In this document: piece after piece, positions 49,844 through 58,662 of the stretch
Layout: each line of letters opens with the position of its first letter
How positions within the stretch are numbered: the stretch's first letter is position 1
DNA from: a virus
Lineage: Duplodnaviria > Caudoviricetes
Length of the DNA: 64,000 nt
Reading direction: 5' to 3' (one strand)
Virus record (IMG/VR): IMGVR_UViG_3300021254_000020
Span: 64,001-128,000 of that record
Made by a program: the position numbers and the translations under genes
Notes under the pieces: generated by a model
What the model saw: the letters and a program-made list of their open reading frames with translations, nothing else
Told to the model about the DNA's origin: nothing
The model's database searches: none

Positions 49844-50689
49844 TTACATGTAATCGTATTTACCGGCAATGATATCTTTGATACGCTGTACACCAGCCTG
49901 ATAAGGATCGAGATTAGCAGATTCTTCTACTGCTTCATCTTCGTCTTCTTCCTCATCATCATCGTCATCCTTTTCTTTGGACTTCTTGGATTTCTTCTCA
50001 TCTTTATCGTCGTCCTTATCTTCGCATTCCTTGCATTTCTTATCTTTCTTTTCGGGTTCTTCTTCATGGATTACATCCTGATCTGCACCCTTCTTCAGCT
50101 CTACATCTTCTTCAGATGCTTGCTTTGCTGCTTCCAGGAACCCTTCCTGCTTGTAGTTCTTCTTTACAAGAGGTAGGCCATATCGACCAGTGATAAGATC
50201 CAAGAGTTGTTTGGTGTTAGCTACACGACGAATCTTAGCGAAATCTTTCTGATCATTACCGAAAATAGGTTTACCCAAACCAGGTTCAGGATTAGCAACA
50301 CTACCATCAGTATTATGACCTAAGTCTTCCATCTCATCTAAGATTGATGCTTCGTCTACTACTATAGCAACGTCATAGAAACGATCAGCAACATCGTTAG
50401 CTTCTAGTATATTACTAATAGCCGTCTTTACATTGACGACACCATTAGTCAACATATAACGACTGAGATCTTCCATCTCAATCAAAAGACGACCCAATCG
50501 GTCGCTCTGACGAACAACAACCATGTCAGGACTAAAACGCATTTCCTGCTCGTTAAGAGAAGGCATATTCGTCAGCATCTGAGCTACATCTTCCAAGAGA
50601 GTACGATCAGCTGTCTCTGGTAGAGTAAGACCAGACTCATTAATAGCCATTTCGGAAAGGGTCTGTATAGCTGATTTAAACAGTGACAT
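49844..50689 (-). CDS. Paralog array member 12 (pro-domain plus acidic tail; possible scaffold)
   Basis: SLNEQEMRFSPDMVVVRQSDRLGRLLIEMEDL matches the pro-domain of members 11 and 13. D/E-rich C-terminus. Confidence 0.7.
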   Translation of the reverse strand: MSLFKSAIQTLSEMAINESGLTLPETADRTLLEDVAQMLTNMPSLNEQEMRFSPDMVVVRQSDRLGRLLIEMEDLSRYMLTNGVVNVKTAISNILEANDVADRFYDVAIVVDEASILDEMEDLGHNTDGSVANPEPGLGKPIFGNDQKDFAKIRRVANTKQLLDLITGRYGLPLVKKNYKQEGFLEAAKQASEEDVELKKGADQDVIHEEEPEKKDKKCKECEDKDDDKDEKKSKKSKEKDDDDDEEEDEDEAVEESANLDPYQAGVQRIKDIIAGKYDYM

Positions 50690-50691
50690 TA

Positions 50692-51603
50692 TTACCCCTC
50701 CTTAGAGAATTTGCTCTTGATTTTGTCAATACCACTAGTAATACCATTCTTCACTTTAGAAGCCTGGTTGCTAACAGCATCTGCAGCTTTGCCACCCATC
50801 TCCTTAGCACTCTTAGCAGCACCAGAGATCTTCTTACCAGCACTATCCTTCAAATCGAACAGTTTGGATTTTAGTGATTTAGCCATAGCTTTCAGCTTAT
50901 CCATTTGACGAACAATCAGAGCTTTTGCACTAGCCGGAGCTTTCTTGGCTTCAGCCGCCTTAGCAGCAAGTGCCTTACGAACACTAGCCAGTTTCTTTGA
51001 TACTACAGATACAGCTCCTGACACTTTGTTTTTGGCCACACCATATGCGCCAGATACTTTATCCTTAGCATAGTCATAACCAGAGGATACCTTTCCTTTA
51101 GCGGTATTAAATCCACTAGAGAGTTTATCCTTAGCATCAGTGATGATGGACTCGTTCAAATAGTTCAAGCAATTTACACTCTCATCAAGAGTAGCATATT
51201 CCTGATCCATTTCAAGAGCTTCCATCAAAGAGCTGTAATACAAACTATCACTAGAAATACGAGCAACGTGACAGGGAAATCCAGCTTCGGCCAATTGAGT
51301 AAATGTATCAGCCAATTCATCATCAGCAATGATATTTTCTTCATTAGCTACAAAGCCCAAGTTATCCCGAGGAACACTATTAGCCTCACATACTCTATGG
51401 ATAGCAAGTCCAGCATCTTCGATGCCATAACACTGAGCAAAACCTAAGAATGATTCCAGCTGAATGAGATCTTGACCAAGACGAGAATTATGGCGTACAT
51501 TTACCATACTCGGGTCAAAAGCACTCTCACTCAGACTAAGATGGTCTATGCTGTCGAGGAGAGCAGTTGCTTCTCCCAACAGCTGATTCTGCTTAATCAG
51601 CAT
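50692..51603 (-). CDS. Paralog array member 13 (apolipoprotein/LEA-like 11-mer repeats)
   Basis: MLIKQNQL; LNE/SII followed by AKDKLSSGFNT-AKGKVSSGYDY-AKDKVSGAYGV repeats; VVSKKLASVR. Late promoter at 51653-51667. Confidence 0.8.
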   Translation of the reverse strand: MLIKQNQLLGEATALLDSIDHLSLSESAFDPSMVNVRHNSRLGQDLIQLESFLGFAQCYGIEDAGLAIHRVCEANSVPRDNLGFVANEENIIADDELADTFTQLAEAGFPCHVARISSDSLYYSSLMEALEMDQEYATLDESVNCLNYLNESIITDAKDKLSSGFNTAKGKVSSGYDYAKDKVSGAYGVAKNKVSGAVSVVSKKLASVRKALAAKAAEAKKAPASAKALIVRQMDKLKAMAKSLKSKLFDLKDSAGKKISGAAKSAKEMGGKAADAVSNQASKVKNGITSGIDKIKSKFSKEG

Positions 51604-51687
51604 TTTTCATAACTCCTTCCATTATGGTATTAGCTGAACACAGTAGTTCAGCCATTATAGGTTTGTCAAGTAAGTTAATTAATTCCA

Positions 51688-51894
51688 TTAAGATCTAGAT
51701 TGATTTATTGCCCTTTGCCGTTCATCAACTAGTTTAGCGATATGGGGAGGAACGTCCTTCTCATTCACTTCCGTAGTTGTTTTGTATATATTCATTTTCG
51801 GCTTACCAAGAAGCTTGTTAGTGGAATTAGTAACAGTAGATTTCAGTTTATCCATGAATCCCTCATTGAGATTTTGTGGTTTAAAGAACGGCAT
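51688..51894 (-). CDS. Small protein with an LNE-terminated leader
   Basis: MPFFKPQNLNE/GFMDKLKS... Confidence 0.6.
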   Translation of the reverse strand: MPFFKPQNLNEGFMDKLKSTVTNSTNKLLGKPKMNIYKTTTEVNEKDVPPHIAKLVDERQRAINQSRS

Positions 51895-51899
51895 ATCAT

Positions 51900-52466
51900 T
51901 CACCACCATTTACTATTATTGGCTACATAATCTACATTCTTATTCATCAACCAAATATAATCTCTCTTGGCTTGAGAAGAACCAGCCTCTCTATCATTCC
52001 AAGCGTCGACTACAGTATCTCTCAGGTCTTTGAATTTCTTCACTAACCAAGCAATGGCTTGTTTAATAGTATAAATAACAGTGGCAATGAATCCACCCTC
52101 TTCAGCCCTAGCTCTTGCCCTCCTACTTTCCATCTCCTCTAATTTATCTCTTAGAGCACGGAATAATACTTTAGCAGATCTAGGTTCTTTAACGAGTTTC
52201 CCAGCAGTATATTTGGTGATACCTAATGCAGCACCAATAGCAGTAATTCCCTCATCATCAGCAGATTCATTCAAGTTATTTAATGGGAACGTGGTGTTCT
52301 TAATATCATTAGCAATAATTTGGATATCATCTAGAGTACCACATTCTCCAAGAATAAACTCAGCCATCTTATATTGGAAAATACCACTTTCTACATATGC
52401 TTCTAAATTATTGGAAAACTCATTAGCCATTTCATTTTCTTGAGGGGTATTATCATTAATCAGCAT
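51900..52466 (-). CDS. Paralog array member 14 (short)
   Basis: MLIND...LNES; GITAIGAALGI; EPRSAKVLFRALR...GFIATVIYTIKQAIAWL. Confidence 0.7.
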   Translation of the reverse strand: MLINDNTPQENEMANEFSNNLEAYVESGIFQYKMAEFILGECGTLDDIQIIANDIKNTTFPLNNLNESADDEGITAIGAALGITKYTAGKLVKEPRSAKVLFRALRDKLEEMESRRARARAEEGGFIATVIYTIKQAIAWLVKKFKDLRDTVVDAWNDREAGSSQAKRDYIWLMNKNVDYVANNSKWW

Positions 52467-52479
52467 GATTATCCCTCCA

Positions 52480-53406
52480 TTATTTCTTGATACCTCTTAT
52501 CTTATTCATGATGGCATCTTTAAGTCTAATAAGCGCATCTATTCCCTTTTGAACTAAGCTTTTCTTATTCTGATCATATTCACCACTGGCCAGCTTTCTG
52601 CTAAAGAAGCTAATCTTCTGAGTAACCTGATCAAACATATCTCTTAGTTTATCTGCAACAGCTCCAGCTCCACCATTAGCCATATCACCAACAGTACTAG
52701 CAAGAGATCTCTTCATACCATTAACAAAGTCACCAACTGCTTCCAAACCCTCACCACTAACACCATGTGCTTGAGCAATGTTTTGAATAGCTTGAGTAGG
52801 AGCAAAGCTATCCAGTCTACGTCTAGCAGCACCTTCACCAGCAGATTTTACACCACTGCTTACTGCATTTTTAGCAGCATTGAGTCCTACAGATACTGCA
52901 CCCATAGCAGTATCTTTTGCACCTTGACTGATTCCTCTTTTAACCCCTGAGAAAAAGTCTCCAAGACCTTCATTAACAATAGCATCAATGGCTTCGCTAT
53001 TATCAGTTTCTACAGCTTCTTGTAGCTTATCTCCAAATGCTTTTGCAAGAGGATTTTGGTTTACTCTAGCGTATACTTCCTTACCCTCTTTAATGAGAGA
53101 TTTGTATAAATTATTAGCTTCTTCATTCATACAGATAGTGCTAGGACGAATGGAGTAGCAAATATCTGATTCACAAATTCTATTCATCTCAGATACTTTC
53201 TCAATCAATTCGTTAAAACCAATATTATTCTCATGACAGAATCGATATCCTTCTTCTACACTGATCATATACTGATCACAATTAGGTCTCTCATAAATCT
53301 TAAATAAGCTAAGTTGTTCAGTTTCAGAATCTGCCTCTTCATCAATAGGAAGATAGCTCATCTCTTCTAGAACAGACTTAGTATTCTCTCTAGTATTAAA
53401 TAGCAT
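52480..53406 (-). CDS. Paralog array member 15
   Basis: MLFNTRE...VLEE; IVNE/GLGDFFSGVKRG; SLVQKGIDALIRLKDAI. Late promoter at 53427-53441. Confidence 0.7.
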   Translation of the reverse strand: MLFNTRENTKSVLEEMSYLPIDEEADSETEQLSLFKIYERPNCDQYMISVEEGYRFCHENNIGFNELIEKVSEMNRICESDICYSIRPSTICMNEEANNLYKSLIKEGKEVYARVNQNPLAKAFGDKLQEAVETDNSEAIDAIVNEGLGDFFSGVKRGISQGAKDTAMGAVSVGLNAAKNAVSSGVKSAGEGAARRRLDSFAPTQAIQNIAQAHGVSGEGLEAVGDFVNGMKRSLASTVGDMANGGAGAVADKLRDMFDQVTQKISFFSRKLASGEYDQNKKSLVQKGIDALIRLKDAIMNKIRGIKK

Positions 53407-53446
53407 ATTGATTCAACCTCCTTTATAATTACTCTCATGTCTTCCA

Positions 53447-54238
53447 TCATCTATTTAGCATACTATGTAATTTATCAGTCAACTTTCTTATAGCAGCCTT
53501 TATCTTCCATAGTATCTTACCAATTATTCCCTTATTCTCCCAGTGCTCTCTTTCAGCCCGTTCATACTTTGATTCATACTCTGCTTTTTTGCCAGCTAGT
53601 ACTCTTAGCTTCTTAATTAACTCTGATCTCTGCCATCTTGGTTTTCTAGCATCATTATCAGCAACATGATCAGCTATCTTTTTCCCTACATAAAGAGTTC
53701 CTAATAGAGCAGCACCTTGCTTAGCTGTTCTTTTTAGATTATCCTTTGCTTCTCTTTTTGCTTGGTTAATCTGTTTAGGAACCTCACTTCTAATAGCACT
53801 GGTTATTCCATGAACAAAACCATTCTTCAAATCTTCTATATCACTTTCGTTTATGAATTGATCAAAGAGAGTAAAGTCTTGGTATTGCTCATAAAATGAT
53901 ATAGCATCCTCTATAAGTTTAGTATGATGCTTAGTATTTAGTGGACGTATAGACACCTTGGTGTTCTTAATATACTTCTTTTTATTTCTTAGATAATGAG
54001 GATTATTTATTAGCCTAACCTCATCAACTATAACTCCTAGTTTAGATGGATCTACATGATAATGGCTATATATTAGGCCCTCTTTACCAGACTCTACTAA
54101 AGAGATATAATCATCTAAAAAAATATAGACGGTACCATCAAGGGATTCTATTAATCTAGCTTCTTCGATAGTCATATCTCTATATTGTATTCTGGGAAGA
54201 GAATCTAATACGCTGGGCTGATCTACAAACTTAATCAT
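53447..54238 (-). CDS. Paralog array member 16
   Basis: VIVDE...RPL pro-domain remnants; INES; GAALLGTLYVG; LIKKLRVL...GIIGKILWKIKAAIRKL. Confidence 0.7.
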   Translation of the reverse strand: MIKFVDQPSVLDSLPRIQYRDMTIEEARLIESLDGTVYIFLDDYISLVESGKEGLIYSHYHVDPSKLGVIVDEVRLINNPHYLRNKKKYIKNTKVSIRPLNTKHHTKLIEDAISFYEQYQDFTLFDQFINESDIEDLKNGFVHGITSAIRSEVPKQINQAKREAKDNLKRTAKQGAALLGTLYVGKKIADHVADNDARKPRWQRSELIKKLRVLAGKKAEYESKYERAEREHWENKGIIGKILWKIKAAIRKLTDKLHSMLNR

Positions 54239-55170
54239 TTTACCAACCCCACTTTACGCCCTAGGGCTTGTATAGCCCATTTAATCTTAGCAATAATCTT
54301 AGAGATTATGCCCTGCTGCTGAGGAGGAGCTGTCTGCGCTTTACCAGTAAGAATATTTAGCATCTTATTCAGACTATTAATCATTCTAGTAGCTACTCCT
54401 GGATTAGCATTATTTATATTATCCTGACTAGTGAGACTATTAAACATAGCACCCATACCACCAAGTACTGCTACTACTCCAGCACCAAATTTAGCTCCTC
54501 GAACATATGGTTTCAATTTATCTTTAGTGGTACCAGCAGCTTTGTCTATAGTGTTACCAACTACCTTATTAGCTGTATCAGACATGTTGCTGATAAACTT
54601 CTTTTTTCTTTCAGGATCGCTTAGATAATCTTGAGCACCTTTCATCAAACCACTAGTTAGTTTAGAACCTATATAGCCCAAAACATCATTCTTGGCTTGA
54701 TTATAACTATCCTTAGCATCGTTTCCTAGTTTATTCAATCCCTGAAGTTGGCTACTAGTCCAAGATAATACACCCTCAGTCAACATCTCAGTCATATAGG
54801 TATCTTCAGCAGCTAGATCCATTTCTACTACATCTTCTAATACCTTATCCAATTGGAAATCAGTACCAGCATCAACATACTGCATCTTGATATTATTTAT
54901 AGACTCTAATACAGCATCTCTATATTCTGTATTCTCATAAAACATAGCTTGATGAACTACAGCTATACACTCATTCACTTTATGCTCTTTAGCAATATCC
55001 TTCATAGCTTTAGTAAGAGTAATCTCTTTTCTATTAGCCGTCTCAATAATAGAGGAAAAGTTAACAATACATTCTTCTCTATTCTTTGGTCTAGCTATAA
55101 TCATACTCTCATTAGTGATTCTAGGTAATACCAATGGGATTGGTTTCGTTTGTGACCGTGATATTAACAT
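54235..55170 (-). CDS. Paralog array member 17
   Basis: MLISRSQ; LTE/GVL; FGAGVVAVLGGMGAMF; GIISKIIAKIKWAIQAL. Confidence 0.7.
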   Translation of the reverse strand: MLISRSQTKPIPLVLPRITNESMIIARPKNREECIVNFSSIIETANRKEITLTKAMKDIAKEHKVNECIAVVHQAMFYENTEYRDAVLESINNIKMQYVDAGTDFQLDKVLEDVVEMDLAAEDTYMTEMLTEGVLSWTSSQLQGLNKLGNDAKDSYNQAKNDVLGYIGSKLTSGLMKGAQDYLSDPERKKKFISNMSDTANKVVGNTIDKAAGTTKDKLKPYVRGAKFGAGVVAVLGGMGAMFNSLTSQDNINNANPGVATRMINSLNKMLNILTGKAQTAPPQQQGIISKIIAKIKWAIQALGRKVGLVK

Positions 55171-55933
55171 TACCAATCACCCCTCCTTCTTGCTGTTCTC
55201 TTATAGCCAATGCGTTCTCTTGTTGCTCTCTTAGAGCGTTATTATATCTATCGATTCTAGTCTGTAAAGTTTTGATTATATCTTCAGTTTTAGGGAACTC
55301 ATAACTACCAGTAGGATCTATATAAACAGACGATACATTCAGTATCTTGGTTTCTTTAGCAAACTCATATTGAGCAGAATAGTGCTCATTGGTTGCTAGT
55401 ATACGTTTCAGTTCAGGGTCGATCCAAGGATCGTACTCTTTGAAGAAAACTTTGTAATACCCGAAAGGTGCAAATGTAGGAACGAATAGGAACCCATTAT
55501 GAACCAACTCATGCACTGTCTCAGATAATGGTATTAAACCTATAACCATCCTATAGTGGTTCCACATAACCTCTTGAGCTATGTCATTCTCTTCTATAGA
55601 TTCATGCAAAGCTAATCTCTTTTGGTATACAGTGGCCACTATATCAAATAAAGTCGGAATGGCATGATGAATATGTATGTGAATTGATGGAGTATCTAGA
55701 TTACTCACATTCTTATAGAAAGCACATTTATTCATATCAGAGTGTTGTCTCAGGAACTGGATCATTCTCTGATAGCACCATGACTGTCTACAAATACGTT
55801 CTACAGCAAAAAAGAATTTAGTAAGATTCTTAGACTTAGTAAGATCATAATCCTCAATATCAAATTCGGGAAGATGATCGATTTTAATCACTTCCTTTGG
55901 TTCAGGAAGTGGGACTTGACAATATTGCATCAT
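55121..55933 (-). CDS. Conserved-looking jumbo-phage protein with an HNH-like His cluster
   Basis: KCAF...IHIHHA...GLIPLSETVHELVHNG; late promoter AACA-N6-TAAT at 55964-55978. Confidence 0.5.
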   Translation of the reverse strand: MMQYCQVPLPEPKEVIKIDHLPEFDIEDYDLTKSKNLTKFFFAVERICRQSWCYQRMIQFLRQHSDMNKCAFYKNVSNLDTPSIHIHIHHAIPTLFDIVATVYQKRLALHESIEENDIAQEVMWNHYRMVIGLIPLSETVHELVHNGFLFVPTFAPFGYYKVFFKEYDPWIDPELKRILATNEHYSAQYEFAKETKILNVSSVYIDPTGSYEFPKTEDIIKTLQTRIDRYNNALREQQENALAIREQQEGGVIGNVNITVTNETNPIGIT

Positions 55934-56047
55934 TTTAACTCACCCCTTTCAATTAGGTGTCGTAATTACCTAAATGTTGCGCATGGGGCATTTTAGGCAA
56001 AAAAGAAGGGCCCACTAGGGGCCAAGTAGATGTGAGGATATGTGCTG

Positions 56048-56365
56048 TTAGAGCTGGAGCTCTAACAATTTCCCCAATTGATGGCCATTGGTTAGGTCCA
56101 TCGATTCAGGAACACATGCATATGCAAAGATATACTGGTCAGGATTATTTACAGGAGAGACCTCTGTGGTGATAGCCACGAGATCCTGTTTGTCTGCAGC
56201 ATCATTCCAGATCTTTGCAGACGCTACAGTCTTACCCTTGAATTCCAGAATTTGCATTACTTCAGCAATAATATCGCCAGGTTCTCCGTCCTTAGTGGCG
56301 ATGGTTTTCACATGGATCTGATCATTTTCTAACAATTGGGTCAGTTTAACAACCTTGTACTTCAT
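56048..56365 (-). CDS. Hypothetical protein, paralog of 57505..57828
   Basis: Shared pattern MxYK...FKxK...YAxxPxxM...Q...LLEL. Confidence 0.65.
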   Translation of the reverse strand: MKYKVVKLTQLLENDQIHVKTIATKDGEPGDIIAEVMQILEFKGKTVASAKIWNDAADKQDLVAITTEVSPVNNPDQYIFAYACVPESMDLTNGHQLGKLLELQL

Positions 56366-56613
56366 TTTAATCCCTCCATATATTCTCCAAGTCTTTTAAT
56401 ATCAGACTTGATTCTATCTTTGAATTTCTCATCCATGGGAGTGGTTCTACCAGTCATCAACTGATAAGCGCAATGTTTCTCCCATCCTTGCAGCGTTTCG
56501 AAAATTGGTTCTGCTAACTCTTTTAGTTTCTGTAGTTCCTCATCCCTCCCTTGAACTTGTAGATTGTTATACATATTATCCAATTCAATTCTTAATGCCT
56601 CTATTATAGTCAT
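56362..56613 (-). CDS. Hypothetical protein
   Basis: 83 aa, GGAGG RBS. Confidence 0.7.
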   Translation of the reverse strand: MTIIEALRIELDNMYNNLQVQGRDEELQKLKELAEPIFETLQGWEKHCAYQLMTGRTTPMDEKFKDRIKSDIKRLGEYMEGLK

Positions 56614-56633
56614 TCTACCTCCCTCCTAATAAC

Positions 56634-56933
56634 CTATGAATCAGACTTCCTAGTCTTCTTGCGAGTCTTATTCTTTTCTTCATTGTACTCAGCCTCCTCC
56701 TGGTACTTATCCAGCCACTCAAGACGCATTTTGCTCGCCTTTTTAATGTTAAAGGTATACTCACATCTTATTTCCTCTGCTTCTTCTTCCATGCAGAGTA
56801 ATACATTGTAAAGAGCGATCACCATCCCATAATCAGCCTTGTCTTGGTAAGTGCGGATACGTAATTTCATACGGCTCCGCATCACCTTCACCAGTTCGAT
56901 AAAATCCTCTTTTGCCATGCTATCAATTTCCAT
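56634..56933 (-). CDS. Hypothetical protein
   Basis: 99 aa, AAGGAGG RBS. Confidence 0.7.
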   Translation of the reverse strand: MEIDSMAKEDFIELVKVMRSRMKLRIRTYQDKADYGMVIALYNVLLCMEEEAEEIRCEYTFNIKKASKMRLEWLDKYQEEAEYNEEKNKTRKKTRKSDS

Positions 56934-56954
56934 GATATATCCTCCTTCATTAAT

Positions 56955-57404
56955 CTACATATGCGGAATCCATTTCTTCAGGCATTCAATAAAATCGTAA
57001 TTCCTTTCTACTTCGATTTTGTCTAAATTAAGATCCTTGCATAAATCTAATAATTCTTCATCACTAGCTCCTCCTTTTGTAGCAAATGCTACTACTTCGA
57101 TTAACTTACACTTCTCCTTATAATCTTCATCCTTATAATTTAAAATGATATAAGAGACTAATGGATCAAAAACTGGAGAGGTATTATGAGTCATTTCTCT
57201 CCCGATACGCTCTATTATTCCATAGAATGATAACCATCTTATTCCTCCCTTCTCCCAATTTGACACTGTTTGCGGAGATACGCTGAATACTTCGGCAAAT
57301 TCCCTAAGAGAATATCTGCCAAGATAGCGGATATTCCTTATATTTGCTGATAGTGCATTGAGCTTCATCAGATCATATTTATCTGCTGGATATTGCATCC
57401 CCAT
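56955..57404 (-). CDS. XRE-family helix-turn-helix protein
   Basis: NIRNIRYLGRYSLREFAEVFSVSPQTVSNWEKG; early promoter motif at 57426-57437. Confidence 0.85.
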   Translation of the reverse strand: MGMQYPADKYDLMKLNALSANIRNIRYLGRYSLREFAEVFSVSPQTVSNWEKGGIRWLSFYGIIERIGREMTHNTSPVFDPLVSYIILNYKDEDYKEKCKLIEVVAFATKGGASDEELLDLCKDLNLDKIEVERNYDFIECLKKWIPHM

Positions 57405-57504
57405 GATATATCATCTCCTTTCACTACTATAATATATCATCATATTTGGTTCAATTTACAGACAAACAATGGAGTCTCAATTAAGAGACTCCACTATAGT
57501 TGTA

Positions 57505-57828
57505 TTACAATTCTAATAATGCTTCAATCTGATCTATGTATTCAATCTGCATATCACTAGGAATTACTGCATATGTAAGAAGAGGATCTTTAGCCTTATC
57601 ATCTACCTCTTCAATAGTTCTAGCACAGTAGAGAGTCATAACCCCACCTTGAGACCTATCTTGTACAAACCCAATATGGATTTTCTTATCCTTAAATAGA
57701 TCTACCATAGTAGCCCAAGCCATAGCCTGTTCTTGGTTAATTCCCTTACGTTCTTCGATATGAGAGATGAAATATCCTCCTTCTTTGTTACTAGAATCCT
57801 TCTTAATACCAATCAGTTTGTAGTTCAT
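57505..57828 (-). CDS. Hypothetical protein, paralog of 56048..56365
   Basis: 107 aa, GGAGG RBS. Confidence 0.65.
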   Translation of the reverse strand: MNYKLIGIKKDSSNKEGGYFISHIEERKGINQEQAMAWATMVDLFKDKKIHIGFVQDRSQGGVMTLYCARTIEEVDDKAKDPLLTYAVIPSDMQIEYIDQIEALLEL

Positions 57829-57879
57829 ATTATCAACCTCCTATATATCTATACTTAATGGTTATTGAAAAAATCAAAA

Positions 57880-57909
57880 TAGAAAAGGGTAGGCATGGAA
57901 GCCTACCCT
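57880..57909 (-). terminator. Terminator of the ncRNA cluster
   Basis: AGGGTAGGC-loop-GCCTACCCT with a T tail on the minus strand. Confidence 0.75.
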
Positions 57910-57941
57910 AAACTATTTTTTAGAAGTTTTATGATGCCAAG

Positions 57942-58023
57942 TGACGGAACTACTCAGACTCGCACTGAGATTCTCAGGGAAAAATTGGCAAAACCTGAGC
58001 TTCTACTATTGAATTATAGTTCC
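57942..58023 (-). tRNA. tRNA-like element / pseudo-tRNA with a 15-nt anticodon loop
   Basis: Cloverleaf: acceptor GGAACTA/TAGTTCC, D arm ATTC-AATAGTA-GAAG, anticodon stem TCAGG/CCTGA around TTTTGCCAATTTTTC, T arm CTCAG-TGCGAGT-CTGAG, 3' end GTCA. Confidence 0.55.
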
Positions 58024-58194
58024 ATGAATCTAGGACTCGAACCTAGATTAGTTTATATCAATGGGAGCTTCCAACCCATTTGATATCGGAGGTGGGAGAG
58101 GTAGAAAAACATATAAAAAGCCCTCTCCCATAGCAATAGGATTCTACTGCTACATGTAATATATATTGACTCTCGAAAATGAGGGGAATATCAA

Positions 58195-58650
58195 AAAAGA
58201 AGAAGAATAGGTGATCAGACTATCTTCTTCTCATTCTCGGACGTCCCAAATATGACCATGTATCCCAAGCCTACCCGACACAACAGAGTTATCTCTGTCT
58301 GTTGCCGGCTTAATTTATAGACAAAAGAACATCCGAACTAGTTAAGGAATTGTAACCAGGTGACTAATTTGTTTTAATCAATCCCTTCATACTTCCAGTA
58401 CTACTGTATAGCATGGCCCGCACCATTCGCGGTTCACGGAATCAAACTAGTGCACCAGTCTTGGGTTCCTGGCACTTTGTCTTTTGGACTCATCTCTGCA
58501 CCTACAAGAAGGTCTCTGGTAATTATAAAATAATACTCGAGGATAGACTACTTGAAACCGCATCCTCATGAACGCATATTCATCTCTCCGTATGAATATA
58601 TCAAGAATTACATCAATCTCCCCGAGTACTATATTGTCACTAGTATATTT
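58195..58650 (-). ncRNA. Candidate large structured ncRNA downstream of tRNA-Leu
   Basis: ~450 nt with no credible ORF, higher GC than its flanks and many hairpins. It ends in a terminator (58193-58231). Confidence 0.55.
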
Positions 58651-58662
58651 ATTTTTTAAATA

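Noticed and set aside
38093-55170. Diversity-generating retroelement or invertase shufflon driving the array
   Set aside because: No reverse transcriptase, adenine-specific TR/VR pair, recombinase or inverted cassettes are seen. The duplicated block differs only at synonymous sites.
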